DNA of 64,000 nucleotides from Diadema antillarum (Eukaryota). Shown here piece after piece: positions 48,495-62,462 of this stretch; positions within the stretch are counted from its first letter, which is position 1; every line of letters starts with the position of its first letter. The stretch is taken from contig NW_027270973.1 of the NCBI RefSeq assembly GCF_040938485.1, forward strand, positions 248,001 to 312,000. The letters run 5' to 3'. Made by a program: the position numbers and the translations under genes. The notes below the pieces were generated by a model. That model was not told the origin of the DNA and made no database searches. It saw nothing but the letters and a program-made list of their open reading frames with translations.

Positions 48495-48860
48495 CACTGC
48501 AAAAAGTCCGGTGTTAAATAGTGAATTTTACATTAAAATACTAGATTTTTGAAAAAAATGTGAAAATAAATTTACACTACAGTAATCTTATTGAAGCTGG
48601 ACGGGTGTTAAACCATTGATATTAACACCAACAAATATCAAATCAACACCATGTGGTGTCATTTTTGAATTAACACCAGTACAGTGTCAAAATAACACCA
48701 GGTACAGTGTCAAATTTACACCACGAAGTGACAGGTGAATACTTTTCAACACCATCACAGTGCATTTTCTACACCTGTGGGTGTGGTCCTCTATTGAAGT
48801 TTGATCGGTGTTAGATTTAACACCCATGGTGTTAAATCTAACACCGATGTTTTTACAGTG
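48495..48860. mobile_element. CACTG-terminal MITE (EnSpm/CACTA-like), TA-flanked
   Basis: TA|CACTGCAAAAA...TTTTTACAGTG|TA. It contains many AACACC repeats and a perfect 19-bp-stem palindrome at 48806-48846, and it is absent from the paralogous unit. Confidence 0.75.
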
Positions 48861-51522
48861 TATCATATTATACATTACTCATGCAATCTATAACTGCTCT
48901 TAATTAATCATAATCAGGTCCTATAAGCTTGTTTCATTGCCTATAAATTCACTGCTCCGCACACTTAGCTTCTCACGTTGCTTCTTTTCTTCCTTCTTCA
49001 CTAGCTTCCATTCGGAGATGGATTAGTTAAGTTAGCACAAGACAAGTTTCAATGGCAGATTGCCCATTTCTGTGTGTGTTTCTTCTCTTTCTTTCTTTCT
49101 TTTTGAGGCTTCCATCACTTTGACGCACATTCTAAATACACAGACCCCTGCATTTTTCTCTTCAAAAAGTGTTTCATTGACTTCTTAGATTTCATTGAGT
49201 CTTGTTCTAATACTTCAAAGATTATTGTGGTTATTATACTGTAATGTTCGGTGTAGTTGTTTTTGTTTTGTGTAGATATTGTATACATCGCCATTTTCAT
49301 GTGTGATTTATACGAAAATGCAGAGAAAATATGAAAGTGAAATGAACTGAGTTGAACTCAAAATGTCAGGAACTGAATCCCGATACAGAGTAGCTGACTC
49401 ACCTATCTTCACATCACATAAAACCCGGCGTAGCTATGAGACCTGAGTTTTATCAGCTTGAACTATTTCGCTTTACCATTTTTTTTTCTAATGTTCAATC
49501 AGATACATCGTGTTAACATCAATTCGGCAAGGATTGATTTTCAATCTAATTGAATTCTATCTATACACAGAGTGTAGTAGCTAGTTCTCTGGGTAGCAGT
49601 GATGCCGGGATATTACTCGATGTCGAATGTTCCAAGCTTGAATAGGTCAAATTACCTGACCGGTGAGGTTAACGAGATGACCGAGACCAATCCCCTAATG
49701 GTCAGCCGCCGAACGATTAAAGCCAACAATAGATGACCAACGCTCAGCGTGTTTTGATCCCGGAGATGATAATTGTGCATCTAAAGAGTGTAATCAAACG
49801 CGCAGAGTTCAATGGAACCAGAGCGTCTTCCGCTGCATCAAACTTTGCCAAGATTCTTTTCAGCTCTTGAAAGGATCATTCAAGGTTAATGACAATGAGA
49901 TGAAGTAATTTGATCGAAGTTTGCCGCTGATGAACATACATACGACGTGTTCACCCTTGTCTGTCAATCAACCCAAACGTGTCAGTCACAGCTCCGTGAT
50001 GTTGCTTGAAAGGGATTCATGATGTATAGGAGAGATAGGTGATATATAGATATATGTTATGTAGGACATTTGGTATCAGTAACGTGTCATGTAAGCAAAT
50101 CAAGTAAAATATCCTCATGACAGTTTAAACCCCTGTGCACAGGTATAGCTACACCTATGAAAAAAAAATGTTATCTTTGTACTCCACACAATTCATACAT
50201 GTGACAACAAAAATCTAAGATCTATATTCATATCTCCCTGAGCGTGCATCTAAAACAATAATTATGTATACCTCTAATATGAATTTAGTTACTCCTTTTA
50301 TAGCTGTCATTCTGTTTTGGTTGATTACATTGATTTTCTGAGGCATTAGCGACAGTCGACATGATAATTCGGAATTAAACTGCATGAGCAGAAGCACGCA
50401 TCCTAGTTAGTTTCTATCTAAAGCCACCATATTGTACAAATATTACTTAACCCTGTCTTATTGTTCAAATGAAATATCTTACGTCCATATAAAAATCAAA
50501 TTGGCTTGACAATCGAAAGCAAGCATGCAGTAGATCTTTCTCGCTGCATGTGAGCGAGTCTTTTGTTTGTTTGTTTGCTTGTTTGTGCAGGAAAGGGTGG
50601 ATCTGTGTAAATGATATAAATTTTTAAACAGATTATCGTCTCTAGGAATAGGCCAATTTACTGAAATGTTCAAATTAATTATATGAATCTTGGTATCTAC
50701 ATTAACGTTTTTATTGATTTAAGGGTCCCTATGAAATGATGTAGGACTATACTGTAATTAAATCTTGAGTGCATGCTCGGTTGTTGCTGTATTGGGCAAA
50801 CCTCGGACAACCTTTCTACTTTGTGTTGTTGATTTATGTCTCTGTTATTGTTTACTTCTTGTATATTGTGTGTATATTGCATAAACACGCTATAGATTTA
50901 ATGTAATTCTCTTACTTATTCTTATACATCTCTGGTTTCACACTCATGTTTGAGGTCTAGGGTCAATAATAAGTATAACACTCTGGTCAACTGCTTTTCA
51001 TATTACAAAGTAAAATCATTAACCACAGCATCGGACCATACAGGTTTTTTTTTTTTTTTTCAATGACGATATTCTGATTTTTGTGTTCTTACTTATATTA
51101 TATATGTTTTACATTTTTGTAACAGAAAAACTGAAGATTCCTCATTTTTTGTATGTGTGTTTGTGTGTATACAGTATGTATATGTATATATAGAGAGGGG
51201 GAAATACACACACGCACGCGCGCACCCACACACACACACATACACAAAGGCATATACACACATCATTTATACACCAACCTACACTTGAAAACGACACACG
51301 CCACGAATTGAAAGAGACGGGATAAAAGGACAAAATACTAGAATGGCAAATAATATTCAGAGGGATGTATTCTTTTGTTACATTTAATATAGACGACGAC
51401 ACGACATAGAATCATAGCTGAAGGCAAGATCATGATATATATCAACAATACGTCCATTATGGAGAGCGTTCATGTGTTGTACAATCCTTTTCTCGAATGT
51501 TCTCTTGAGTTCATTCAAAAGT

Positions 51523-52592
51523 TCAGGATGGTATGATGTAGACAAAACGATGACCAACAGACGTGTAGAATGGAGCTGGTGTGTAGTAGAGACTCGCTTT
51601 TGTCGATGGATACGAAGAGGTTGGTCGGCTGCTTCGGGAGAGGAAGTCTACAGACATCAAGGGATTGGTGGCGCCCTGCTGCTTTCGATGAGATGTCGTC
51701 TGCTGCAAATTGATGATGTCACGCTCCTTGCTGATGCGGAAAGTCGACCAGGAATCCGGTGATCGGCTGCTACGTGACAGGAAATCGACTGACATCGGTG
51801 AATTGTTGATGGCGGACTTCTTGGGCGGCGATGTGTTCTCCTGGTCGATGACATCGCATGTCGAAGATCGCTTTCGCTTCCTACTGTATTCTACCTCAGG
51901 TTCTGCGAATTCGTTGTCGATGCCTCTCTTCCCGGTAGTTGGTTGAACTGGATCGGAAGTACGGACGGCTCGACGATAACGTGCACGACGATTCTGGAAC
52001 CAGACCTGCACATGGAGAAAAGAACACATCACAGTTTGTTTAGATTTCACGTACAAAAGTACATTAACATCATCATAATCATCATCATCATCGTTATAAT
52101 AATGATAATATACGTAATATACAGCACATTATCCACAACACGTTAAAATGATGTTGGACTATAATTATTTGAGCCATTAAGCCCCCGTTCATTAATGAAA
52201 GTTGAATTATTAGTAGTTTCAGTACTTGTATAAATCACGATAAGTATAGTAAATGGGCTCATATCTTTTAGCGCAGAATACACTAACACTTCAGTAACAG
52301 CATTGTTACAAGGTATTTACTAAATTCACAAAATAATGAGACATACATAAGCGTTATTTGCTGATGGGAAAAAAACACACAAAATATTACTTACTCGAAT
52401 CCTGGCTTCGGTGAGCCCAAATTCTGCGGCCAGCTTCTCTCTAAAAACGATGTCAGGATATCGGTCTCTGCTGAATTCGACTTCGAGTCTCTCCATCTGC
52501 AGTTTAGTGAACTTGGTCGGACGTCGACGACGTGACTGTTTGGTTGAAACTGACGACGACTTGTGGGCGAGCAACCAGAGGGAATCAGCCAT
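51523..52592 (-). CDS. pmar1/micro1-like PRD-class homeobox gene 3 (subtype B), 226 aa
   Basis: Exons 52592-52395 and 52005-51523 (GT-AG, phase 0). The homeodomain is RRRRPTKFTKLQMERLEVEF...EARIR|[12 protein letters not shown], with two [11 protein letters not shown] repeats. Confidence 0.92.
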
Positions 52593-54832
52593 AGTCGATG
52601 ATGAGAGAAAAGTGCTTCGAATAAAGTGCTCTACGAAGATCGGTATCACGCGTCTTGACTTGCTGGGCTTGTGTCGAAAAGTGAAGTGCATAATTTTGGG
52701 ACCACTGTTGATCTTTACCCGATGAGAGAGATCAGTAATAAGAGTAATGGACTCCTCCTCCCACTGATGCTTGATTTTCATTGGTCGAAGTTGTACAACC
52801 AATCACTAAAGACAAAGGCGATGATGATTACTCGAAGATGACGCTACTATGGATTTGAGTATCCGTCGTTACGAACATCCAGCGTTTGAACGCGAGAACA
52901 ATAGGAAAGGGTATTAAAACCGCCCGCCCGCCCGCCTTCGCGAGCTCCGATTTAGAAACAATAGCTCTACCAATCAGGGTGGTTTTCAGAAGTCAGAGGC
53001 GGTAGGGAAGAAAGCTCTTCATGAATTTTGTTGGGAGCCGCAAAGGGACAAAAGACACAAAACTTTCTTTAGCTCATCTAGAGTCGCATAACTTAGATTC
53101 TGAACAATGATATTGGTATACTCAGGTAATGAAAGTGTAATGCAACCTGATGGGCGACGTTCGCGAGAGAGTGGAGGCATATCATTATACTCAATAATTC
53201 CAGAGAAGTGGAACATTTCTTGCTTTTTTTGACATAAAACTATCCTAATACTTTAGAGTGAGGTAGCCACGACATCACAAATCTTCCCTTATTATAGTTG
53301 ATGCATGAAAACATACTGGATTTTGTCTGGTCAGTATTTAACTTTTCAATTTCAATCTAAAAGCTGATTTCATTTCCCGACAAAACATAGGGTAAAAATG
53401 AACATTGTAGAATGAAAAAAATTATAATTGAGGAACTATAAAGTCATTAGACATTGTATTAATAAATCAGAAGTGGCCGAAATAAGGTATAACCTTGCGT
53501 AAAGTGCAAAAAATGGTGGGACCCTCTAAAAAGTAGAGCTTGTAGAATAAGACCCTCTGGTAGAAAACATCAATGGAGAAAAAAGAAGAGGGTGAAGTCT
53601 GGAAGCCCGATGAAAAATAGAGTAACAGACAAATACACTTACATAGATGGTAATAAACATGAAACGAGACTAGACAACAATAGAACTACTGAAGGAAATG
53701 TTGTAAGACACAAACAAACAAACAAACAAACTTTATAGAACATCAAATAAAGAAAGAATTATAGTTGTGCCAGTAATCACACAGTTATTTCAGTTGAAGA
53801 ACATGAGAGCATTCTTTTGCTGCAATAATCAATCAATTCATTAACATGATTTAAATGAAAGTTACACTGTGTACTTCACCTAAATTTTTATAATGATAAA
53901 TATTACGACTACTATCACAATTTTCTATGCATTTAATTCAGAAATTTCTGCATTCTACCCCCTCCACTTTCTATGTTTTCTTCTACTCCTTTTTTTTTGG
54001 GGGGGGGGGTGGGATTCTGATTATAATGATACTTTCACTTCTATATATGTATGTTTGATTTTGAGTGTATTTACTAGCGTCAAACTGGATGTATACCATA
54101 ATCACTTTCGCTGTTGTTGCACATAATATATATTATAATCGATGTAGATGAATAATTTCGAAAGCTCAGGTAAGGTAAATTCAGTATTAACTGGCAGATA
54201 CATTATCAACTAAAAGCCGTTACCAGCAAAGAGTATCATACATGGCTAGTATGGATGAGGTTTGTGCTTAGGTATCATTGGCGTTTAAAGCATATATCGG
54301 CGGCGAATTTCACTCAACTTTTGCATTGACGGGATGATCATTCCAAAAAAAAAAAAAATTAAACGACCTTCAACAAATGAAAAGAACAGTTCATTGTTCC
54401 TTAGTTTCAAAATGTGGATCAGCGGTAAAACTTTCGTGTACGCAGTAACGTTATGCCAGGCTATTGTTTCGTTTGTCGGCAGCGGATCGACAATCAGGCC
54501 GTCAACAGGTTAATGAACAAAAGGCAATGGTTCTCTTGTAATTTGCAGGCCGACAGGTATCCGGAAGATCCGCACTCCTGTTAAGATCAGCGATTGGCCG
54601 GTTTACCGGACCAATCATCAACGTGTCTTTGTTTAATTGTCAGTCGTGTGTAAGAGTGATTATTCGCGGCTTTGCTAATTCTTACTTATCTTTTCCCAAG
54701 TGAATCACAAGCTGGTGTCACACGCTACTTTAATACAGTCACTACATTCGTTCAGACTGTCTCGAAGTTAAGTCGTTTCTTTCACGTTTTTCCACAAACC
54801 GATTATTTTTACAAACCTAATCCCAATCCGGT

Positions 54833-55863
54833 ATGGCTGATTCACTGCTCTCCCTTCTCCCTCAAGTCTCGACGTCCGTTCCTACCAAGGGTCTTCGTCG
54901 TCGACGTCCGACCGTGTTCACCCAATGGCAGCTCGAGAGGCTGAAGGCTGAATTCGACATCGACCGATATCCCGACATCGTTTCCAGAGAGAAACTGGCT
55001 GCCGCACTCGGCCTCGATGAAGACAGAATACAAGTATGTAAAGCAAAGATGTATAAATGATGAAGTAAAGTTGATTTTCTCTTGTAATACTGTTTTGATA
55101 TTACTGAATGTAAATTAATGGTTTCAAATTACATCTATATTCTCATCGGCTGTTATTACAATGCAATACCTGAGATAGATGAAAATTTGGGACTCAAACA
55201 TTTCTAGCAAAGCGAGAATATAAATGGCCGAGGTTAAGAAGCACGTCCTTTATGTTTTCCTCGACATTTGGTGACTTCTTTCTGGCAGTAGCATGTTACG
55301 TTTTATGTTTAAAAAATGTTTGTGCATGAAGCAAAATGCTAACGTCAGATCTGTGATTTGTTTAACTTCAGGTCTGGTTCCAGAATCGTCGTACACGCCT
55401 TCGTCGAGCTTCACTCAACTCCCTCTCTGCTCGATCAGACATCAGCTACAACCAAATCAACAGGTCAACCGACATCAAGGGAACAGAGTCTTCATCCACA
55501 AGAAAGCGTAAGCGATCAACGGAATGCGACGTCATCGACCAGGAGAACGCCACGCCACCCAAGAAGTCCGCCATCAACGATTCACCGATGTCAGTCGATT
55601 TCCTGTCTCGTAGCAGCCGATTACCGGATTCCTGGTCGACTTTCCGCATCAGCGAGGAACATGACGTCATCAATTTGCCGCAGACGACATCTCATCGAAA
55701 GCGGCAGGGCGCCACCAATCCCTTGATGTCTGTAGACTTTCTCTCCCGAAGCAGCCGACCGACTTCTTCGTATCCATCGCCATACCGTGAAGGGAGTCTC
55801 CAACACAGCCAGTCGCCATTCTGCATGTTTAGTCATCCTTATGTCTTCGTCGTTCCACACTGA
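54833..55863 (+). CDS. pmar1: pmar1/micro1-family PRD-class homeobox repressor, gene 4 (subtype A), 230 aa
   Basis: Exons 54833-55033 and 55372-55863; exon 2 was translated by hand and has no stop before 55861. The homeodomain ends VWFQNRRTRLRR, with two [11 protein letters not shown] repeats. The symbol is family-level. Confidence 0.92.
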
Positions 55864-58800
55864 CTGTTGTGAAGCTGCCGCACTTTCATAGGAGTGACTG
55901 AAATGTGATACTGTATATCATTTCTCATATTGAGAAGTTTGTTTGACACTTTCCTGCAAACAATTTTGTAAACAAGAATGCTTCCGACTTCAGAACACTC
56001 TTCCTCTGTTCTGAGACACTCGCGATGAATTCAGCAACATTGTTTTGTTTCTTTATCTTCAATGTTTGATAATAAACATTACGGTTTGACATTGGGATTT
56101 CATTCATTTCATCTTATCTTATTCCTCTGGTATTTTTGAGTATTGCTTAATTTTATATTTGTTCATGGTTGTTTGTTTGTTTGTTTGTGTGTTTGTTTGT
56201 TTGTTTGAGTCTCTGTGTGTGTGTGTGTGTGTGTTTGGTGTAACCCAAGTAACACAATGATTACTTATATGCGTGTGTGCTTGCTTGTACGTATAGTTAT
56301 GTATGTGTCGTTCTTTTGTTGTTACAGTGGGCTCGACTTTGAGATAAGGGTAAATGCTCGCCGGTATTCATGCTTGATTGAAATTAGGTCTTCATAAATA
56401 ACTTAATGAATTTTAGAGAGGAACTAGAATTTTTAGTTAACTTTGGATCAACAATGAAGTGATATAAACGGAATCTGGAATGAGAAATACAAGGGAGAAT
56501 TGATAAAATGTACAGATGGTAAATATTGACAAATTTGATACTAAGAAGTCACAGCTGCCTGTCATGATACGATATTGATGAACACGTGCACAACACATAC
56601 ACACCGAACACACACACACACACACATACACATACACACACACACAGACGCACGCAAAGACATTCAAACAAACAAACAAACAGTCATGAACAAAAATAAA
56701 ATCAAGCAATACTCTAAAAAAAAAAATACAATAGACATATGAGCACACACAGTCCGACAGTGGTAATTCAAATCACATAATTTATCTACATTTTTATTGT
56801 CACATCGCATTGTATCAAGCTCCTCAGTTTTGTACTTCTAGTTTTCATTGCCCAGCAGAACTTAAAGATTAAATTCAATTCAAATGTAGGATGATTAACA
56901 TTTTAAGAATTCGAAGAATTGAATAAAAGTTCAAAATTTAATGATAAAAATATAATATTGAATATCAGCATTCAATTCATACAGGATGGGATGCATTATT
57001 AACATTGTATTCTAACTTGGATCAATGTTAGTCGACGTACTTGCATATGAAGTTCAGTGAACTCGTGAAGAACTAAACAAGTTTGCTTGAATATCAACCA
57101 CTGTGAAACAGAGAAGCTAAAGATAATCATGTCTGTGCTCTTTTTGACTTATAACAAAAGGACACTAGATTCCGGACCAAACAAACCGTTACATTAAGAT
57201 AGAATAAATCAGAAAGTCGAAGAAAACTAAAAACGAAAATGTTTTCACGAAACATGGATATAATTACATTCCCTAATAGAAAATAAGAATGTATCTGGGA
57301 GATGACTTATCACTTTACGATTCTCCTGATACATTGTATGAAATTATGACAAGAGCGTCCTCATTGTTACAAGTCATGACAGTCCTGAAACAAGTTGATG
57401 CGAAAGACGCAAGTTCTTGAAACAGGTCACGACATCATCATCGAGTCCTGTTTTTATTACGTAATTAGTCAGTAATATAGTTATTACGATTTGAGTTGTA
57501 TGAGATCTGTAATCATCGATAAGGGAGCAAGACCTTAATGTTAATGATGTTTGTTGGAATTTTGGAAACATGTGCAGATCTCTCCGTGGTGGATAGGCTG
57601 TGATAAAAAGGAACATAAAAAAAACAGCGTTTAAGACTGATGAAATAATTACGCCAAATAGATTGAATACGAGTAAATTGTCTTTGCAACTTTTACACAT
57701 AATTTGGAAACAAAGACTACTCCCAATGCCATCTTAACGAATTCAGTGATGAAACGTTTTATCCACTTTCTACCTTTTCTTCCCACTCCCTTTCTTTCGA
57801 TCAAGAAAAGATAGAGTATTGGGGTAGCTTCCAAACTGGGATCACTGTCACGCTATACCATTCAGTACGCCTTGTGATTCACGAGCTCAACTATATAGAG
57901 CCGGATCTATTTCAGACGCAATTTTTGCACCCTCGCTTCCCTACTCTTTACTCTGTCGACAAAGTAGCTGAACAAAAGGACAAGTCGAAGGTTAAGCGAT
58001 TTAAGGCATATTACCGATTCTTTTGAGGGGATCAAGATCAGGGGCAGTGGCTTTAAGAAGCACAACTTTTTATTGTTGATACTAAATCGTCATTAAAACT
58101 CTGATGGCTTCAAAAGCACTCGGTGCGTATAGCATGTGTCGGATGGTGACATGTCTATTCAGCCTGTCGCTTGAATAGAGCGTTCAATGTTCTCATAGAA
58201 TCGCTATTGATTCGGTCTCGCCTTTAAACTACAATGGCATTCTTCCGCTACACTGTCTCTAACGAGATGAAAGTAAACCGCCTCGTTAGGTCACTCAATG
58301 AATCCCTTTTGAAAATTATACAATGAAGGATTTCAGTCTATGTCGTACCCTTGCACCTCTGTATCAGTCAGTCAGCATCCTGTCAATCATACATCTCACG
58401 CCAACCTATGGCGTTGATAATCATATCACAGCGAGCACAAACCACATGAAAATGTCACTGGATATACCTTAAGGCAGCGTACATTAGCGATAATAATGAT
58501 AAAAATTGCAGTGATGATTACCATGATAAAGATTAATTATGATTCATCGTACTATCATCACTTTACCATATATTTGCTGTAACCATTAACATCGTAGAAT
58601 AGTATTAGTGTTGTGTAGTATTAGCGGAGTAATTTTAATTGTATTTCACAGTGTTTGTTTGCTTGTTTGTTTGCTTTTATTTCTGCATTCAATCAGATGC
58701 AATTTGAATGCAAACTTCAAAAAGTACAAAGACAAAGAATAACAAGTGCAGTGAAATAAATCGATAACAGTACATAAATAGCTTCACATAGGTGATTGCA

Positions 58801-58946
58801 TTGAGCAATGTAGATACACAGAAACATAAAATAAAATATACAGTATTTTTCAGTAAACAATAGAGATAATTGAATGCAGGAGACCACCATCATAAGCGAT
58901 TAAGCTTGAAATGGATGGAGGCCTCACTATTTCACAGTGTAATAGC

Positions 58947-58986
<40 letters not shown>

Positions 58987-61940
58987 TAGTAGGAGTAGTA
59001 GAAGTAGTAGCAGTAGTAATAGTAGTATCAAAGTAGGCCTATAGTAGTATAATTATAATCATCGTCTTCACAATCAGATACGTGTATAAGCGCAAAACAT
59101 CAGACACTTTGGACAATGTACATGTAAAAACAAATGCACCAAAATAAGACACAATATACAGTAAACTTTATCAGAATTGAAATAGCCTCAGCATGACAAT
59201 TGAGTCAATTACTTGTTTTCCCAAATCGTGAACAAATATACAGATAGCAATATCTGAATGAATTGTCTTTAGTTTACGATTATGTTGAATAAAAAAGCAG
59301 ATTTACCATAAAGTGAGTGATCAGTTGTAAAGACAAACAAAGGAATATGCGTCCGGAAGTATCATTACGTCTTCAGTTTAGATGTAGACTACGCGTGCGA
59401 TCCTAAAGTTTAGAAGTTTCAAATTCGTGTGCCCCTTTTGTAACCCTGTAAATTAAATTCCTTTCATAGACTGGAACATTGTAGAAGTATAGGCATCAGG
59501 AATTTAAAATGCTATACAACCCTCACACGGATATACATGCGAACAATCAAACAAGTAACCAAACAAACAAACAAACAAACAAACAAACCCTCAATTTGAA
59601 CACAGTCGTGCACACTCATTATCACTTTATACACCCACTGGCAGGAGTACATATAGGACCGCTCACACGCGCGCGCGCACACACACGCGCACACACACAC
59701 GCACACACACACACACACACACACACGTCTATTAATCTACAACTATTTATCATAATATAAGCACGTTGCATTGCCTAATTCACTGCTCCGCACACTTAGC
59801 TTCTCATGTTGCTTCTTTTCTTCCTTCCTCGTTATAGCTTCCAATCGAAGATGCCATTAACAAATTAAGTTAGTAATGTGTACAGGACAAGTTTCAATGA
59901 CAGATTGCCCATTTCTGTGCATGTTCCCTTCTTTTTATTTCTATTTTTTTGAGACTGCCATCACTTTAATGCATATTCTAAATACACAGACTCCTGCATT
60001 TTTTCTCTTAAAATGAAAAATAAAAGTAGCATTGACGTCTTAGATTTCATTTAGTGTTGTTGAAGTATGATTATTGTGATCATTATACTGTGATATACTC
60101 TGTAGATGTTTTTGTTTTGTGTAGATATTATTATCCATCGCCATTTTCATGCGTGATTTCCACGGAAATGCAGAGAAAATATGAAAGTGAACTGAAATGA
60201 GTTTAGCTCACATGTCAAATCACATAAAACCTGGCGTAGCTACGAGACCTGAAATTCATCAGCTTGCCCACTTTTGCTTTACCCATTTTTTCTCATATTC
60301 AATCAGATAGGGCCTACATCGTGTTAACCTCGATTCAGCAAGGACTGTATTTTCAATATAATTGAATTCTACTAGAGTGTAGTAGCCAGTTCTCTGGGTA
60401 GCAGTGATGCCGGGATATTACTCGATGTCGAATGATGTTCCGAGCTTCAATAGGTCAAATTACCTGACCAGTGAGGTTAACGAGATGACCGAGACCTGAA
60501 AAGAGCCATACTACCTTTAATCCCCTAATGGTCAGCCGTCAGGCGACTAAAGCCAACAATAGCTGACCAATGCTCAGCTTGCTTTTGATCCATGCGATTA
60601 TGACTTGTGCATTTAACGAGTGTAATCAAACGCGCAGAGTTCAATGGAACCAGAGCGTCTTACGCTGCATCAAACTTTGCCAAGATTCTTTTCAGCTCTT
60701 GAAAGGATCATTCCAGGCTAATGACGATGAGATAAAGCGATTTGATCGAAGTTTGCCGCTGATGAACCTAGACACAAAGTGAACACCCCTGACTGTCAAT
60801 CAACCCAAACGTGTCAGTCGCAGATTCGAGAAGAACTGCAACTACGTGATGTTGCATGACTTAGATTCATTATGTTTAAATAGAAGAAAGTGATAGATAT
60901 ATGATAGGACATAATGGATATCAGTCACGCGTCATGTGAGCAAATGATATAAAATATTCTCGTGACAATTTAAACTCCTGTGCACACAGTATCGCTACAC
61001 TGATAATAATTTCTTTATACTTCATACAATTCATAACGGGCTCAACAGAAATCTGAGATCTGTATTCATATCTCCCTGAGCGTCCACCTAAAACATTCAT
61101 TATAATCATACCTCTGATTTGAATTTAGTTTCTCCTTTATAGCTGTCATTCTGTTTTGGGTGATTACATTTATTTTCCGAGGCATTGGCGACTGTCGACA
61201 TGATAATTCGGAACGGACCCGAGCAGCAGCATGGATCCAAGGTCGTTTCAATCTAGAAATAAAGCGACTACATTGCACAATAACCATTTTCAATTGCTCA
61301 TGTGAAGTATCTTGCCTCCATATATTATAATGAGTCAATAATTCAATCTGCTTGACTATCGAAAGCAAACATGTAATATATATGTTGGGGTTTTTTGCTG
61401 CAGGTGAGAGTTTTTTTGTTTGTTTCTTATTTGTTTGGTTGTTGTTTTTTTAAGGAAAGGATGGGTCTGTGCAAAGTGAAATAGATTTTGAGCAAACTAT
61501 CGCCTCTAGGAATCTATGATCATGCATTTTGATATTTGCGATACCAATAGGTCATTTTTCCAATAATAAACCTCGAGACCAATAATTAACGTCTTGATTT
61601 ATTCGGTCCTAATGAAATAATGTAGGACTAGTGTAATCAACTCTTGTTTGCATGCAACTTATGTTGCTGCTATTTCGAGCAAGCCTCAGACAACCTGATT
61701 TGTGTTTTGATTTGCATTTCTGTTACGTGCTATTACGTGTAAATATGTGTAAATGTATTTATGGTATAAACACACTACTGGTAATTGATCTTCTCTATGT
61801 TACGCTGTAAATAATCTTCATCTTCGCTTTCACACTCATACTTTATGTCTTAAAGATAGTGATTAATAACACTCTGGTCAATTGTTTTCCATGTTTCAAA
61901 CTAAACATCACTAAGTCCACACCATCGAATTATATGCATG

Positions 61941-61974
<34 letters not shown>

Positions 61975-62080
61975 TGTATGTATATGATTATATGCATATA
62001 TAGTCTATAATCATAAACATACGTGCATACATATTATAATCCGATGGTGTAATGTATATCAGTGATAGACCTAATATCTG

Positions 62081-62129
<49 letters not shown>

Positions 62130-62462
62130 TTATATATGTTTGTGTGTGTGTGTTCACAGTATGTATATATGTTTAGAGAGAGGGGAGATACACACACACA
62201 CGCACACAAAGACGTACACACATCATTTCATACACCAACCTACACTTGAAAACGACTCTTAAAAAGGACGAATACGAGAATGGCAAATAATATTCAGAGG
62301 GATGTGCTCTTTTTGTACATTTTAATATAGACAATGACACGACAGTAGAAGCATAGCTGAAGGCAAGATCATGATAGAAATCAAAATAAACGTCCATTAA
62401 GGAGAGTGTTCATGTGTTGTACAATCCTTTTCTCGAATGTTCTCTTGAGTTCATTCAAAAGT

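Larger units (their letters stand above)
42590..53095. repeat. segmental duplication unit 1 (gene 2 + gene 3 cassette)
   Basis: Collinear direct homology to 54460-64000 runs across promoters, introns, UTRs and intergenic DNA. Confidence 0.9.

Noticed and set aside
49790-49930. Another homeobox relic in the conserved block (TCTGGTTCCA on the minus strand; FQLLKGSF on the plus strand; paralogous 70-aa ORF at 60570)
   Set aside because: The similarity is limited to ~10 nt or a few residues and the frame is not conserved between the two units, so it cannot be distinguished from chance.
52593-52802. Long N-terminal extensions of genes 3 and 5 suggested by the ORF track
   Set aside because: The upstream frames differ between the two paralogues beyond ~30 codons and overlap the CCAAT promoter pair. 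The MAD(S/F) start matches the other paralogues.
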